DNA of 64,000 nt from Octopus sinensis (Eukaryota): contig NC_043020.1 of NCBI RefSeq assembly GCF_006345805.1, positions 6,200,001 to 6,264,000 of the forward strand. The letters are read 5' to 3'. The translations under genes were made by a program, and so were the position numbers. This document shows, piece by piece, positions 1 to 12,278 of this stretch. Within the stretch, counting starts at the first letter, position 1, and every line of letters begins with the position of its first letter. Below the pieces are notes generated by a model that searched no databases, was not told the DNA's origin, and saw nothing but the letters and a program-made list of their open reading frames with translations.

Positions 1-234
1 CAAAGAAGTGTTTGGTTTGGTATTGTGATAAATGACAAGACCCTCACAATTAGCAGGTGCTGGACACTTCTAGTGCATTATTGCATTTGATTTGTCTAGC
101 TGGTCACAGTACATATCTGAATCGAAGGTCCTGTCAATGGGAAGAAGCTCATGAAAGACAACACCCTTCCAATCCCACCAAACTTCTTCAGGTAACTCCC
201 TGCTTTGGAATTCGTTTATGGTAATTCATCATGG

Positions 235-454
235 CAGTGGTTTTCAACCAGGGTTCTGCGGAACCTCAGGGCTCCGCCAGTACAGTCCAGGGGTTCCGCA
301 AGAATTTACAAAACTGCTAAAATCGGCAGTAATTTTTAATTCTCCTGTGCAGATATGTGTGCATAAGACTATTAAGTTATTGCACAGGGGTTCCTCGAGC
401 CAGTGGAATGTTTCCTTGGGGTTCCGCTCCAGCAAAAAAGGCTGAAAAGCACTG
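235..454. mobile_element. hAT-type MITE
   Basis: TIRs cagtggttttcaacc / ggctgaaaagcactg; degenerate 8-bp TSD catcatgg / caccatgc. Confidence 0.7.
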
Positions 455-519
455 CACCATGCTGATGCCATAATCGTTTCACTTCACATTGTTATAAAAA
501 ATCTATTTTTCATCCCCTG

Positions 520-691
520 TAAGCCCATCTTCAAGGGGGTGCACTGGACAGTAACGGCCCCCTTCACTATTCAATAGTGCACCCTTAAATTTAGAAAATA
601 CAGTTTACAAAAATTTTTCTGCAATACAAATTAGTGCTCACCCAGAATAGTCTGAAGCACCTCTAAGCACCAAAATTTGGTGATGGGCCTG
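520..691. mobile_element. hAT-type MITE (degenerate)
   Basis: Ends taagcccatc / gatgggcctg; 8-bp TSD atcccctg / gtcccctg; splits the mariner at the TGDEK motif. Confidence 0.55.
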
Positions 692-1070
692 GTCCCCTGT
701 CACCATTCTCTTCAAAAAAAGGATTATTTTCTTCACGTTTCTGCAATGAATCACAGATGGAAATCCCTTGGGTGAGGTTAACCTCATTCAAACATCAAGC
801 TTGCTGATGATACCAAGTTGATGCAGATGGTTTCCAACACTCAATTTGGTTACTTGAAGAACATCTGCAGGCATCCTGGTTGTACACTTGAGGCCGGCGT
901 TGACTAACTCTTTTGTTTTGTTACTAAATCTCAGATGGCCAGCCAGACCAAAAAAATTCCCCAATTAAAATCTTAAAAACCACTTCTAGCATGCACACGT
1001 TGTCACAGGCATCCTCTCCTTACACAACAAATATTCCTGCAGGCTTTTGCCATGTTCTTGCCTTCTTTAA

Positions 1071-1290
1071 CCCTTTTGTTACTAACCCGGCCAAAACCGG
1101 CTCTGGCTCTGTGGTAAAATGTCTTGTTTTCATAAGTTCTGAGTTAAAATCTTCCACCAAACCTTAGTCACAATTTATGTTCATAACACTAGCTTGATGA
1201 TAACTAAGTTATTTTACTAAATTCTTTGTTATATTTAAAATAATTGAAAGAAACACAGAGCATCTCAAAATAAATACAGTAATGAAAGGG
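1071..1290. mobile_element. piggyBac-like MITE (220 bp)
   Basis: TTAA|cccttttgttac ... gtaatgaaaggg|TTAA; a second copy lies at 13801-14020. Confidence 0.8.
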
Positions 1291-1561
1291 TTAAAATGGA
1301 AAAAAAAAAAAAAGGGCCGCAAGGTGTCAGTAATGTTCATTCTCATTTTCCATTTTCAGGGTGATATTCCAAACACAAAATACAACCTGTCTCATTGCAA
1401 GCTCACATGAAACTACAATGCAGTGTTAGGTATCTAACAAGTGCACCAAGGGACAAGCTGAAGTTGGCTACTAATTAAAGTATATGAAGTTTAGCATTGA
1501 CATAATCTAAACAAACTTCTTGACTGACTAAACCACTTATTAGTCATTCAAAAACTGTTAA

Positions 1562-1918
1562 TCTATATATATAAAGTTGAAGTCGTCTGTGTCTGGCAGG
1601 TTTGGTAGCCTTCAACTAACACTATCTCCTCCGAGACCCTGCTGCGCAAGTTCACCAAAATTGAGAGTATGATAGAAGATAAAATTCAAATCAGACCGTG
1701 TTAACACCAAAAATTATTTACATCAAAAAGGTGATTTTTTTCTATGAAAATCCTTATTTTTTACGATTTTTTGACTGCTGTGTTGCCATTTTTCGGTGTA
1801 TTTCAACCAGAAAAATGTTCACTTAAAGAGAATAACAAGCTACATAATGCAAAATTTTTACTTTTCAAAAATTCCAATTCTAAAGGGTCAAAACAAACCC
1901 GAGCAACGATACTGCTAG
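1562..1918 (+). mobile_element. Non-autonomous Helitron-type element
   Basis: A|TC 5' end, CTAG|T 3' end, truncated subterminal hairpin cccgagcaacg; same tail as 28793-29182. Confidence 0.7.
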
Positions 1919-2346
1919 TTAGTTCACTTACACATTGTTTCATGTGAAAATTTCCATTGCATATATTATGATCTGGTCACTGACATATTTCCATTGCAAA
2001 TGACACATAAATGTGGCCACCAAATATATAAATATTAAAATGAAGTTAATAATTTCAGTGAGTCATCCATGCTATAACTGTCAAAACTTATATTTGTTAA
2101 CAGTCAAGGTTATGGGAAAACTAGTCTCAAAATGTGACCGAGCATTTCACGCTGATTTATTTACACTTGGCAATATTGACAACTCCAGTGCAGAACCATA
2201 GGTGACATTTAGGTCAGTTAGTTACATGCCACAACCAAGAATATACTACTGCTCAACACTATAAAAATATAACTGGTCTCTTTTTCTTTTAGAGCCTGCA
2301 TTTTTTTGTCCTGACCTATGGACCAACACACACATATATATATATA

Positions 2347-2747
2347 TACTCTTTTACTTGTTTCAGTCATTTGACTGCGGCCATGCTGGAGCAACGCCTT
2401 TAATCGAGCAACTCGACCCTGGGACTTATTCGTTTTTTTTTTGTAAGCCTAGTACTTATTCTATCGGTCTCTTTTGCCGAACCGCTAAGTGACGGGGACA
2501 TAAACACACCAGCATCGGTTGTCAAGCAATGCTAGGGGGACAACCACAGACACACAAACACATACATACATATACATATATATGACAGGCTTCTTTCAGT
2601 TTCCGTCTACCAATCCACTCACAAGGCATTGGTCGGCCCGGGGCTATAGCATAAGACACTTGCCCAAGATTGCCACGCAGTGGGACTGAACCCGGAACCA
2701 TGCGGTTGGTTAGCAAGCTACTTACCACACAGCCACTCCTGCGCCTA

Positions 2748-2748
<1 letters not shown>
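2347..2748 (-). mobile_element. SINE family 1 (tRNA head, CORE-like body, internal microsatellite, (TAAAAGAG)n tail)
   Basis: About 400-bp repeat with roughly 20 full or partial copies in the window; A/B-box head and a 3' hairpin cagtc-aaat-gactg. Confidence 0.9.
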
Positions 2749-2797
<49 letters not shown>

Positions 2798-3150
2798 TCT
2801 ATCTATATATTTATAAAAAGCAAAGTTAGTACATCGACTGCTAATTTCTCTGAATGAATAAGCTAGAGTTTTTTGGAGAGGTTTTGCATTTGGAGGAGGG
2901 GAATAAATTATCATTACAATTGAAGTGTGAAAGTTGTAAAAGTAATTTATGGACTTCCTTTGTGTGTGTGTGTGTGTGTATACTCATGCACGTGCATTAC
3001 TTTCATTTTTGAAAATCAGCAGTACAGTATCGCCTTTTATTATCTTTTTTTTTGAGCGGCCAACTCCTTTGTCAAGGGTTTCGTTGGCGCGTTGTTGATC
3101 CTTTCTGTTGAGTATATCTATCTACACAAATATATGAAATTATTGTATAC

Positions 3151-3273
3151 AGGCGCAGGAGTGGTTCCGGGTTCAGTCCTGTGTGGCACCTTGGGCAAGT
3201 GTCTTCTACTATAGCCGCAGGCCGACCAAGTGGATTTGGTAGATGGAAACTGAAAGAAGCCCATCGTATATAG

Positions 3274-3327
<54 letters not shown>

Positions 3328-3530
3328 TTGTGTGTCTGTCCCCCTAGCATTGCTTGACAACCGATGCTGGTGTGTTTATGTCCCCGTTACTTAGCGGTTC
3401 GGCAAAAGAGACCGATAGAATAAGTACTGGGCTTACAAAAGAATAAGTCCCGGGGTTGAGTTGCTCGATTAAAGGCGGTGCTCCAGCATGGCCGCAGTCA
3501 AATGACAAACAAGTAAAAGAGTAAGGAGTA
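3151..3530 (+). mobile_element. SINE family 1, internally deleted
   Basis: Same head, body and tail as 2347-2748. Confidence 0.85.
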
Positions 3531-3725
3531 TATCTATCTATGCAAATATATAATAATAATGAAATTATTCTATACAGTGCTCAGGTATCTATCTCTACAG
3601 ACACAAGGCTATCCTTGAGTTTTAGTGTAACTATTTATAACAGCACTACTAAACTTAAATCAGCAAAAAAATTTCAATCCTATTACAAGCAAAGATGCTC
3701 ACAGCCACATCTCAAGAGAAATGGT

Positions 3726-4142
3726 GGATCTTTTCGGTTTAAATCGGCAGTTTTTTCTAGCGGTGTCATATGAAATTGTCACCCATAATTATGACCCATC
3801 TATTGCATTTCAATCTGTTTTAGGGTTAGAGTTAGGGTGGGGGGAAGGGTATCTTTTTTTCTTCACAAATGTAAATAAACTCAATCTGTTTCTTAAACGA
3901 GGGACATATTCATACGGCACAGAATGTTTTTTTTACCTCAATAGACGTCATTGATTGGTTGAAATTGCAGAAATTGAAGAAAAAAAACAACAACAAATAT
4001 CTTACAAACTATAGAATTTTCTCAATAAAGCCAAGAGAAAAAAGATGTTTTATAAACACATTCTACCAGTATACGAAATTTAAAAGTGTTTAGTTACGTA
4101 GAAATTATTTTTAAAAAACTACCGGTCAAACCGAAAAGATCC
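3726..4142. mobile_element. GGATC-ended MITE, 8-bp TSD (Merlin-like by end structure)
   Basis: TIR ggatcttttcggttt / aaaccgaaaagatcc; perfect TSD gaaatggt; internal TTAGGG-like run. Confidence 0.85.
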
Positions 4143-4641
4143 GAAATGGTTAAGAAAGGAAAAATTGCCAGCCGTTAGGCAAAAGTGAAAGTAAAATTTT
4201 AAGCTTAGCGATCGCCCGCATGTGTGTGTGTGTGTGAGCACATATGTGGATGCGTTGTATGCGTCTGTGTGTATATATATATATATTCTTTACTACCCAC
4301 AAGGGGCCAAACAGAGAGGGGACAAACAAAGACAGACAAACGGACTAAGTCGATTACATCGACCCCAGTGCGTAACTGGTACTTAATTTATCGACCCCGA
4401 AAGGATGAAAGGCAAAGTCGTATATATATATATATATGCAAAGTGTGTATATATATATGCATGTGAGCACACACACACACATATATATTTGTATGCATGT
4501 CTATATATATATATATATATATAATGCATGTGCAGATAGATAGATAGATAGAATGATAGATAGATGTGTGCTACACACAGAAAAACGAATATTCAGTTGA
4601 TATCCAAATCCTAATGAAATTTTTATCGTTTCTAACCTAGA

Positions 4642-4691
<50 letters not shown>

Positions 4692-5063
4692 ATGCACGAA
4701 TGGCTCACTCTGGCTGCATATAATTCTTATTATGAATAATACTTGTAGACAAGAATGGCAACTGCACAATTCTGCTGCATCTAAATTGCAAAGAACCTGT
4801 TGCATTTTACAGCAGTGCATCTCTCGAAAAGAATTGGAAATAACGTAAATTGGACCAAAAAACGAAACGGAAATGAGATTTTTAAATTATAATAATAATA
4901 ATAATAATACTTTTACAGATGTTAAATAAACCTTCACGTTACGAGTAATTTGGCTCATTTCACCAAATTTACCTACATTCACTTATATTACAAATTCAAA
5001 GAATTTTTATATATATATACTATATATATATATATATATATATATATTGGGTGTGTGTGTGTG

Positions 5064-5096
<33 letters not shown>

Positions 5097-5140
5097 GTAT
5101 GTATGTATATATATTTAGCAGAAGCAACCGAGTGACTCAA

Positions 5141-5169
5141 GGTCCGATAGTTTCGTACGTGGGCACTTA

Positions 5170-5173
<4 letters not shown>
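5141..5173 (-). ncRNA. Degenerate minimal hammerhead ribozyme remnant
   Basis: Minus strand reads ctgataa-gtgcccacgtac-gaaac-tatcg-gac. It has G8>A and has lost the NUH triplet. Confidence 0.3.
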
Positions 5174-5202
<29 letters not shown>

Positions 5203-5914
5203 TAATAAATAAAACATATGCATATATATGTATATCATATATGTACGTACCTATCTTTACATGTATATATACATGCATATGTTTTATTTATTAATATATA
5301 TATATATATATATTTTTGATAAATAAAACATATGCATATATTATATATACATGTATGTACGTAACCTACCTCTACATGTATATATATACACGCATATATG
5401 AGTACAGGACACAAAAAAAAAAACGTCGAAACACATGAGAAACGAAAACATAAGAAACAAACCCAAGGAACTGGACATTTTTCTTAAACAACAAAAACCC
5501 CTTCTTCAGTCGCCATGGTTTCATCTACTCTACGACGTTTATATATATATATATATATATAAAACTAAAGAGACGAAGAGAGAGACAGGTTTAAATACAT
5601 ATATATATATATATTATATATATATAATAATATATATTATAGAAAGATAGATATATATGATTCCAAGTATGGCAAGTGCTAGCTGCCTTCCAACCATGGC
5701 CTCGGAGCGATGGGTTTGGGGGAAGATCCTGTGGAATTTAATTTGCTAAGCAGAAAGCATGCCCAAGCTTGGAATTAAAGCTGAAGATTACGGTAAAGAA
5801 ACAAGTGTCTAAGAGATACACAGCCACTTTATGCAATGAGTAAGAGGTTTTGGTAAAGCGAACTCTGGAACGGAATGGAATGCAATGGAATGGTCGTTCG
5901 TCAGCAGAACAATA

Positions 5915-6041
5915 TATATATACATACATACACACGCATATATATATATATATACATACATACACAACGCATATATATATATATATACACACGCCATATA
6001 TATATACATTACACAAGATATATATACATACATACACACGC

Positions 6042-6073
<32 letters not shown>

Positions 6074-6287
6074 TATATATATATATATATATAATATACA
6101 CACACACACAGTATGTATATATATACACCACACACCACACAGTATATATATATACACACAACACACACCAGTATATAATGCACACACACAGTATATATAT
6201 ATACACACACAGTATAATATATACACAAACACAGTATATATAACCACAAACACAGTATATATATATACACAAACACAGTATATATAT

Positions 6288-6325
<38 letters not shown>

Positions 6326-6900
6326 CTGGGTGTATATATTTATATGCATGTGTGTGTATTGATATATATATTATTTAGAAACATGGAACCAAAAAAGAAG
6401 GAATGCAATAAAATAATAAATAAAATATATCAATATATCTTTTCTAAAATGCATTAATACATTACTTACCGTGTCTTGTTCGTTGGAGCGTCGTACATAG
6501 ACATCATATCTGTATGTGTGTATATATATGTATATATATTTATACATATACACTCAGGAACCAGGTTTTATATAATATATATATATATGTGTGAGAATGA
6601 ATGAGTGTGGGTATATACACATACATATACTATGTATATGTGTATGTGTATATATATATATATATATATATTATAGCGTTATAATATTATATATATATAT
6701 GTATATATATTTATACATATACACTCAGGAATTTGGTTTTATATAATATATATATGAGTGTGTGTGAGTGTGGGTATATACATATACATATAGTATGTAT
6801 ATGTATGTATATATATATATATATATATTATAGCGTTATAATATTATATATATATGTATATAAGTGTATATATATTCGTATATACACACGGGTATATATA
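5915..6900. repeat. (TA)n/(CA)n complex microsatellite with a ~171-bp tandem duplication
   Basis: cactcaggaa at 6551 and 6722; ttatagcgttataat occurs twice. Confidence 0.85.
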
Positions 6901-7152
6901 CACACACGCTGTGGTTTGGCCCCTTTATATATGCGTGTGTCTTGTGTGTGTCTCTGGAAACAGACTACACACACACACAATCACGCATATACGAAGCACA
7001 CCATTTGGGACTGGGAAAAGCTAAAGAGAAAGAGATAAGGACAGACGGAGAGCTACATGAGTGTGTGCGTGTGTATATAGCCTGTATGGCCTATATATAT
7101 ATATATATAAATATCTTCGGTTTGTATTGTTATTATTTGGTGGACTTGACAG

Positions 7153-7328
7153 GTTCAGAGGAAGACTAAACGAAACAGGAAGTACTGAGGCCAAGTATTT
7201 CCGGCAAGGGGAGACTACTTCTGTCGTCGGCTTGGTGCGGCTCCGTCTTGTGGTTTCGGTGGCGATGTCGGGCCCCTACGTCTACCTTCATCGCGTTTAA
7301 ATCGCTCCCGGAAGGTTCTCTGCGAATG
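7153..7328 (+). promoter_or_regulatory. CpG-rich unique island; candidate promoter or first exon ending ATG|GTATGT
   Basis: About 14 CpG in ~130 nt; ETS-like GGAA motifs at 7176, 7197 (reverse) and 7308; donor aATG|gtatgt at 7328/7329. Confidence 0.35.
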
Positions 7329-7346
7329 GTATGTTTCTTTATCAAA

Positions 7347-7693
7347 GGCGGCGAGCTGGCAGACACGTTAGCACGCTGGACGAAATGCGTAGCCGTATTT
7401 CGTCTGTCGTAACGTTCTGAGTTCAAATTCCGCCGAGGTCGACTTTGCCTTTCATCCTTTCGGAGTCGATAAATTAAGTACCAGTTACGCACTTGGGGTC
7501 GATGTAATCCCCAACATCGCTTGACAATCGATGCTGGTGCGTTTACGTCCCCGTAACTTAGTGGTTCAGCAAAAGAGTCCGATAGAATAAGTACTAGGCT
7601 TACAAAGAATAAGTCCTGGGGTCGATTTGCTCGACTAAAGGCGGTGCTCCAGCATGGCCAGAGTCAAATGACTGAAACAAGTAAAAGAATAAA
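7347..7693 (+). mobile_element. SINE family 2 5' part fused to SINE family 1 3' half
   Basis: ggcggcgagctggcag head with B box gagttcaaattcc, switching at ~7510 to the family-1 body and tail. Confidence 0.8.
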
Positions 7694-7804
7694 ATTAATA
7701 TATAGTTGAATATTTTTCAGCTACAGCCATGTGTGGGTGCTTCAGCCACCCATTGAAACACCCCCACACATATAATATAATCCCTATATTATAAAAGTTT
7801 AGTG

Positions 7805-8118
7805 AAGGCGTTTGACTTAGTGGTAAGGGTAGTCAGCTCATGATCGTAAATTCAGTTCTTGGCAGCGCATTGAGTCCTTGAGCAAGATACTTTATTTCAC
7901 ATTGCTCCAGTCCACTCAGCTGGCAAAGAGGACTTGTACCTGTATTTCAAAGGGCCAGCCTTGTCACACTCTGTGTCAGGCTGAATCTCACCAAGAACTA
8001 CATTAAGGGTACACATGTCTGTGGAATACTCAGCCACATGCACATTAATTTCACGTGCAGGCTGTTCCATTGATTGGATCAATTGGAACCCTCTTCGTTG
8101 TAACCGACGGGGTGTCAG
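7805..8118 (+). mobile_element. Old SINE family 3 relative
   Basis: Degenerate tRNA head; body and tail resemble 16915-17301. Confidence 0.7.
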
Positions 8119-8244
8119 TTATATAAGTATGTATGGATTTTTGATTAGGTCTGTCTCTCTACCACTTGTTTACGCCCCCATAAATTAGTCGTTCAACAAA
8201 AAGAGATCGATAAAAAGAACGAATACCATTAACTTTTTTCTTTA

Positions 8245-8622
8245 TTTACTCTTTTACTCATTTCAGTCATTTGAGTGTGGCCATGCTGGAGTCCCGCCTT
8301 TAGTCGAGCAAATCGACCCCAGGACTTATTCTTTGTAAGCCTAGTACTCATTCTATCGGTCTCTTTTGCCGAAACCGCTAAGTTACGGTGACGTAGACAC
8401 ACCAGCATCGGTTGTCAACCGATGTTGGGGGAACAAACACACACACACACAGATATACATATGATGAGCTTCTTTCAGTTTCCATCTATCAAATTCACTC
8501 ACAAGGCTTTGGTTGGTCCAAGGCTATAGTAGAAGACACTTGCCCAAGGTGCCATGCAGTGGGACTGAACCTGGAACCATGTGGTTAGTAAACAAGCTAC
8601 TTACCACACAGCTACTCCTATG
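8245..8622 (-). mobile_element. SINE family 1
   Basis: Full-length copy. Confidence 0.85.
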
Positions 8623-8994
8623 CCAATGTGATAAAACTAGAGCATTTAAAAAAATTTTTTTTAACAAAACTAATTTTTATTAAACCACCCCTCACACTCA
8701 TCTTGCAATCCCCTAAAATTCTTACTGTGAACTAAGTCTGAGAAACACTGTCTTCAGACGCAGGCATCCACTGCATTACAGAGGCGCTACATTCCTGAAA
8801 AATTTGGCATAACGCGGAATTCTGTACTACAAAACCTGTTTACCACATTGACTTCTATGTTATAGATTGATTTAAAATTTCGGCACAAAGCCAGTAATTT
8901 TGGTGGGGTCGGGGTGTAATTCAATTACATCTATCCCCATGCTCAATTGGTAATTATTTCATCGACCCCGACAGGATGAAAGAGTAAGTTCGCA

Positions 8995-10150
8995 TAGGGA
9001 GGTAGTGCCTTGATGACATGTTTGGATAGCTGCCAATAACACGTGTGATGTCTTCTGAAATATGACAATCAACTTTTTCGCTTGATTCTTGGAACTCCAA
9101 TGGCTTCGCTGTGTCTCTCATTGATTAGGTATTTAGAAGCAACCTCGTGTTCCTCGATTGCAAATGCATAGCCTTCAAAGTGTGATGTGATGTAGTGGCT
9201 ATGAGTTTAAGAGAGGCATCACTTCATGTCAAGGTTTCTATCTTCTTCAAGTTTTCAGGAAATATACCCACGCATGGTATGCTGAGCATTTCCCCTCCAG
9301 ATCTTCTTTGAGATGTGCTAGTCTGACTGATTTGGTGTTGTATGGGAGTTCATCAGGAAGAGGATGCTTCCTTCTACTATAGCCTCGGGCCAACCAAAGC
9401 CTTGTGAGTGAATTTGATAGATGGAAACTGAAAGAAGCCCATCATATATATATATATATATGTGCGAGTGTAAGATATTGTTTTCTTCACTTTCCAGCTC
9501 TAAGTTCATGTATTTATTTTTGCTGTTGTTGTTTAGCAAGTGCTGTCTGAGAGAGAGAGAGAGAGAGAGGGGGAGAGAGAGAGATTATGCGACATTCAAA
9601 GATTGTCCGCACTGATCTCAAGCCTCTAAATCCTTTGTCTCTTCTTTGGTAGAGCCTGCCGGTATTACTATTTTTAAACGGCGGTGAGTTGGTAGAAACA
9701 TTAGCACACCGGGCGAAATGCTTAGCCTGTCTTTACATTCTGAGTTCAAATTCCGCCGAGGTCGACTTTGCCTTTCATCCTTTCGGGGTCAATTAAATAA
9801 GTACCAGTTACACACTGGGGTCAATATAATCGACTTAATCCGTTTGTCTGTCCTTGTTTGTCCTCTCTGTGTTTAGCCCCTTGTGGGTAGTAAAGAAATA
9901 GGTATCACTATTTCTGTGGAGATTTCCAGTTGGTGACAGAATCTTGTGGGTTTTAATGTTTACGGAGTGGATTTCTTCCACAGACCAATCGATTTTCACA
10001 AATGTTGGGAATCAGCACTGGATCTGCAAATGCATTGTGGGATAATTGTTTTGTTGTCAGAAGAGAGTTTCCACAACCATATTTTTCTAAGTTTGGCATA
10101 ATATTTTTGGGTCACACTTTATTCAAAGTTCTGTGGTACTTATTGTGTTC
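8995..10150 (-). mobile_element. R4/Dong-like (RLE-type) non-LTR retrotransposon remnant, split by SINEs
   Basis: Minus frames give YYAKLRKIW..HNAFADPVL..IDWSVEEIHSVNIKTHKIL..GNLHRNSD, GRLYQRRDKGFRGLRSVRTIFECRIISL and TSHFEGYAFAIEEHEVASKYLI..EDITRVIGSYPNMSSRHYLPMR. Confidence 0.75.
9676..9900 (+). mobile_element. SINE family 2, monomer
   Basis: Full head-to-tail copy; 13-bp TSD ggtat(t/c)actattt at 9661 and 9901. Confidence 0.9.
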
Positions 10151-10164
10151 TTTGTGTATGCATG

Positions 10165-10195
<31 letters not shown>

Positions 10196-10619
10196 AAATG
10201 TATGTACATATGTATATAAATGTATGTATGTATGTACGGATGTATGTAAATGTATGTATATAAATGTATGTATGTGTATATGTATGTATGTATGTAAATG
10301 TATGTATGTATGTATGTAAATGTCTATTTGTCTATGTATGTAAATGTATGTATATATGTATGTATGTATGTATATAAATGTATGTATGTCAATGTATGCG
10401 AATGTCTGTCTGTATGCACGTAAATGAATGTATTATGTATGTATGTATGTAGGTATGTATTTAAGTGTATGTATGTAAATATCTATTTGTCTGTCTGTGT
10501 GTCTGTATGTATGCATATTTGTATGTATGTATGTGTGTATGTATGTATGTATGCATGTATGTATGTATGTATGTATGTATGTGTGTGTGTGTGTATGTAT
10601 GTATGTAAGTATGTATGTA

Positions 10620-10654
<35 letters not shown>

Positions 10655-11180
10655 ATGTATGTATGCATGCATGTATGTATGTATGTATGTGTGTGTGTAT
10701 GTATGTATGTATGCATGCATGCATGTATGTATGTATGTGTGTGTGTGTGTATGTATGTGTGTGTGTGTATGTGTGTGTGTGCGTGCGTGCGTGCGTGCGT
10801 GCGTATGTATGTATGTATGTATGTATGTATATAAATGTATTTATGTATGTCTGTCTGTATGCATGTAAATGAATGTATTACGTATGTAGGTATGTATTTA
10901 AATGTATGTATGTAAATGTCTATTTGTCTGTCTGTGTGTCTGTATGTATGCATATTTGTATGTATGTATGTGTGTATGTATGTATGTATGCATGTATGTA
11001 TGTATGTATGTATGTATGTATTTAAATGTATGTATGTAAATGTCTATTTATCTGTCTGTGTGTCTGTATGTATGCATATTTGTATGTATGTATGTGTGTA
11101 TGTATGTATGTATGCATGTATGTATGTATGTATGTATGTCTGTCTGTCTGTCTGTATGTATATACGTGAGCATAACCAGA
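10140..11180. repeat. (TATG)n/(TG)n complex microsatellite with internal block duplications
   Basis: The block ctatttgtctgtctgtgtgtctgtatgtatgcatatttg recurs near 10480, 10920 and 11040. Confidence 0.9.
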
Positions 11181-11686
11181 TTTCTCTTTGTACTCATTAG
11201 CAGTTGTTATAGGTACCAGCAGGTATATCAAAACAAAAGAGCAGGTGTGTTATTATTGCTGGATTAAAACTCTTTAACAAAGACACAACACCTGTAAGTT
11301 TGTGATTGGTCAGAATATTTTAAGCAGTTAAGAACTAAACTATAACGAAGTGTTGTTTAATCAGTTCATTAACAACTACTGTTGTCGTGGAAGAATTAAC
11401 TGCAGCTTGAAAAACCTTGAGTTCAATCCATAGTCACAGCATGAAATGTTCTGGTCTCATCACATCAGAAATAAGGATGGAACTAAGAACGTGGATGAAG
11501 TTGCGGAGATGGTGTTGACGGGTGGAAGCTGTACAATGTAGGAAGAAGTACTGTATGACCAAAGTAGGTGCACAAGACTTGATCAGTTGAATTGGTGCAC
11601 TCAACAAACAAGGTGACTACATGGACGAGGGTACGAATTGATACTGGTTTCAAATTTTGGCACAAGGTTAGCAAGTTTTTCATAGA

Positions 11687-11841
11687 AAAATACAGTGTAC
11701 ATTTAAACACATAAGAGATTACCATAATAGGACATCTGACTATTACAATTATTAGTGGTTTGGAGTTTAAGCGGCTCTTTCTAGTGAGTCAGATGTCCTA
11801 TTATGGTCATCTCTTATGTGTTTAAATGTACACTATATTTT
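11687..11841. repeat. Inverted repeat, ~55-bp arms, 45-nt spacer
   Basis: aaaatacagtgtacatttaaacacataagag..gacatctgact against its reverse complement, with 2 mismatches. Confidence 0.85.
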
Positions 11842-11870
11842 GAGATATATATATATATATATATATATAT

Positions 11871-12240
11871 ACGTTACGTTACAAGGATGTTTGCAAAAGG
11901 AACTTGAAGGCCTGCAACATCAATATTAGCGGTTGGGAAGCAATTGCCAGCAACCGTGGAGATTGGCGACGTACCGTAAAAGAGGGAATACAAAGGAGTG
12001 ACAGAGAGAGAGAGAGGAGAAATGGAAATACAAGGAAAGACGTCAACAAGAAACTATGACATTACAACCAGCCAGGAACAGTCTTCACTACATTTGCGGT
12101 ACCTGCCAGAGGGAGTGTTTGGTCCAGATAGGACTACACAGCCACAGCAGGAAATGATCAGGACATGAAATGTGTAAAAGCCGGACTAGACTACTTTATG
12201 CGCAACTCCATTGTCTACCGAGACAAAAAGGATGCCAACA
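11871..12240 (+). mobile_element. RTE (BovB-like) LINE 3' end
   Basis: RYKDVCKRNLKACNINISGWEAIASNRGDWRRTVKEG..YICGTCQRECLVQIGLHSHSRK, followed by the tail ggatgccaaca. Confidence 0.85.
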
Positions 12241-12241
12241 A

Positions 12242-12278
<37 letters not shown>

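Larger units (their letters stand above)
1..1060 (-). mobile_element. Decayed mariner transposase, interrupted by two MITEs
   Basis: Minus-strand translation gives HLHQLGIISKLDV..ISICDSLQKREENNPFLKRMVTGD, GDEK*IFYNNVK and VWWDWKGVVFHELLP..DSDMYCDQLDK, which are mariner motifs, with stops and frameshifts. Confidence 0.85.

Noticed and set aside
100-191. Plus-strand exon-like segment (tag|..cag|gtaact) with an open frame
   Set aside because: The minus strand is clearly mariner transposase (WWDWKG..), so the splice-like sites are incidental.
2104-2200. Plus-strand exon-like segments at 2104-2200 and 1360-1429
   Set aside because: The only long frames end in a stop at the donor, with no recognisable protein and no supporting partner exons.
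5860-5910. CUGACGA followed by acg..cgt on the minus strand
   Set aside because: There is no GAAA/NUH half; the loop is a (CCATT)n run.
5738-6349. Long ORFs rich in YI/CV/HT, and similar ORFs at 10-11, 20, 38, 45, 51 and 54-55 kb
   Set aside because: They are translations of TA/TG/TATG/TATC microsatellites, which lack stop codons in some frames.
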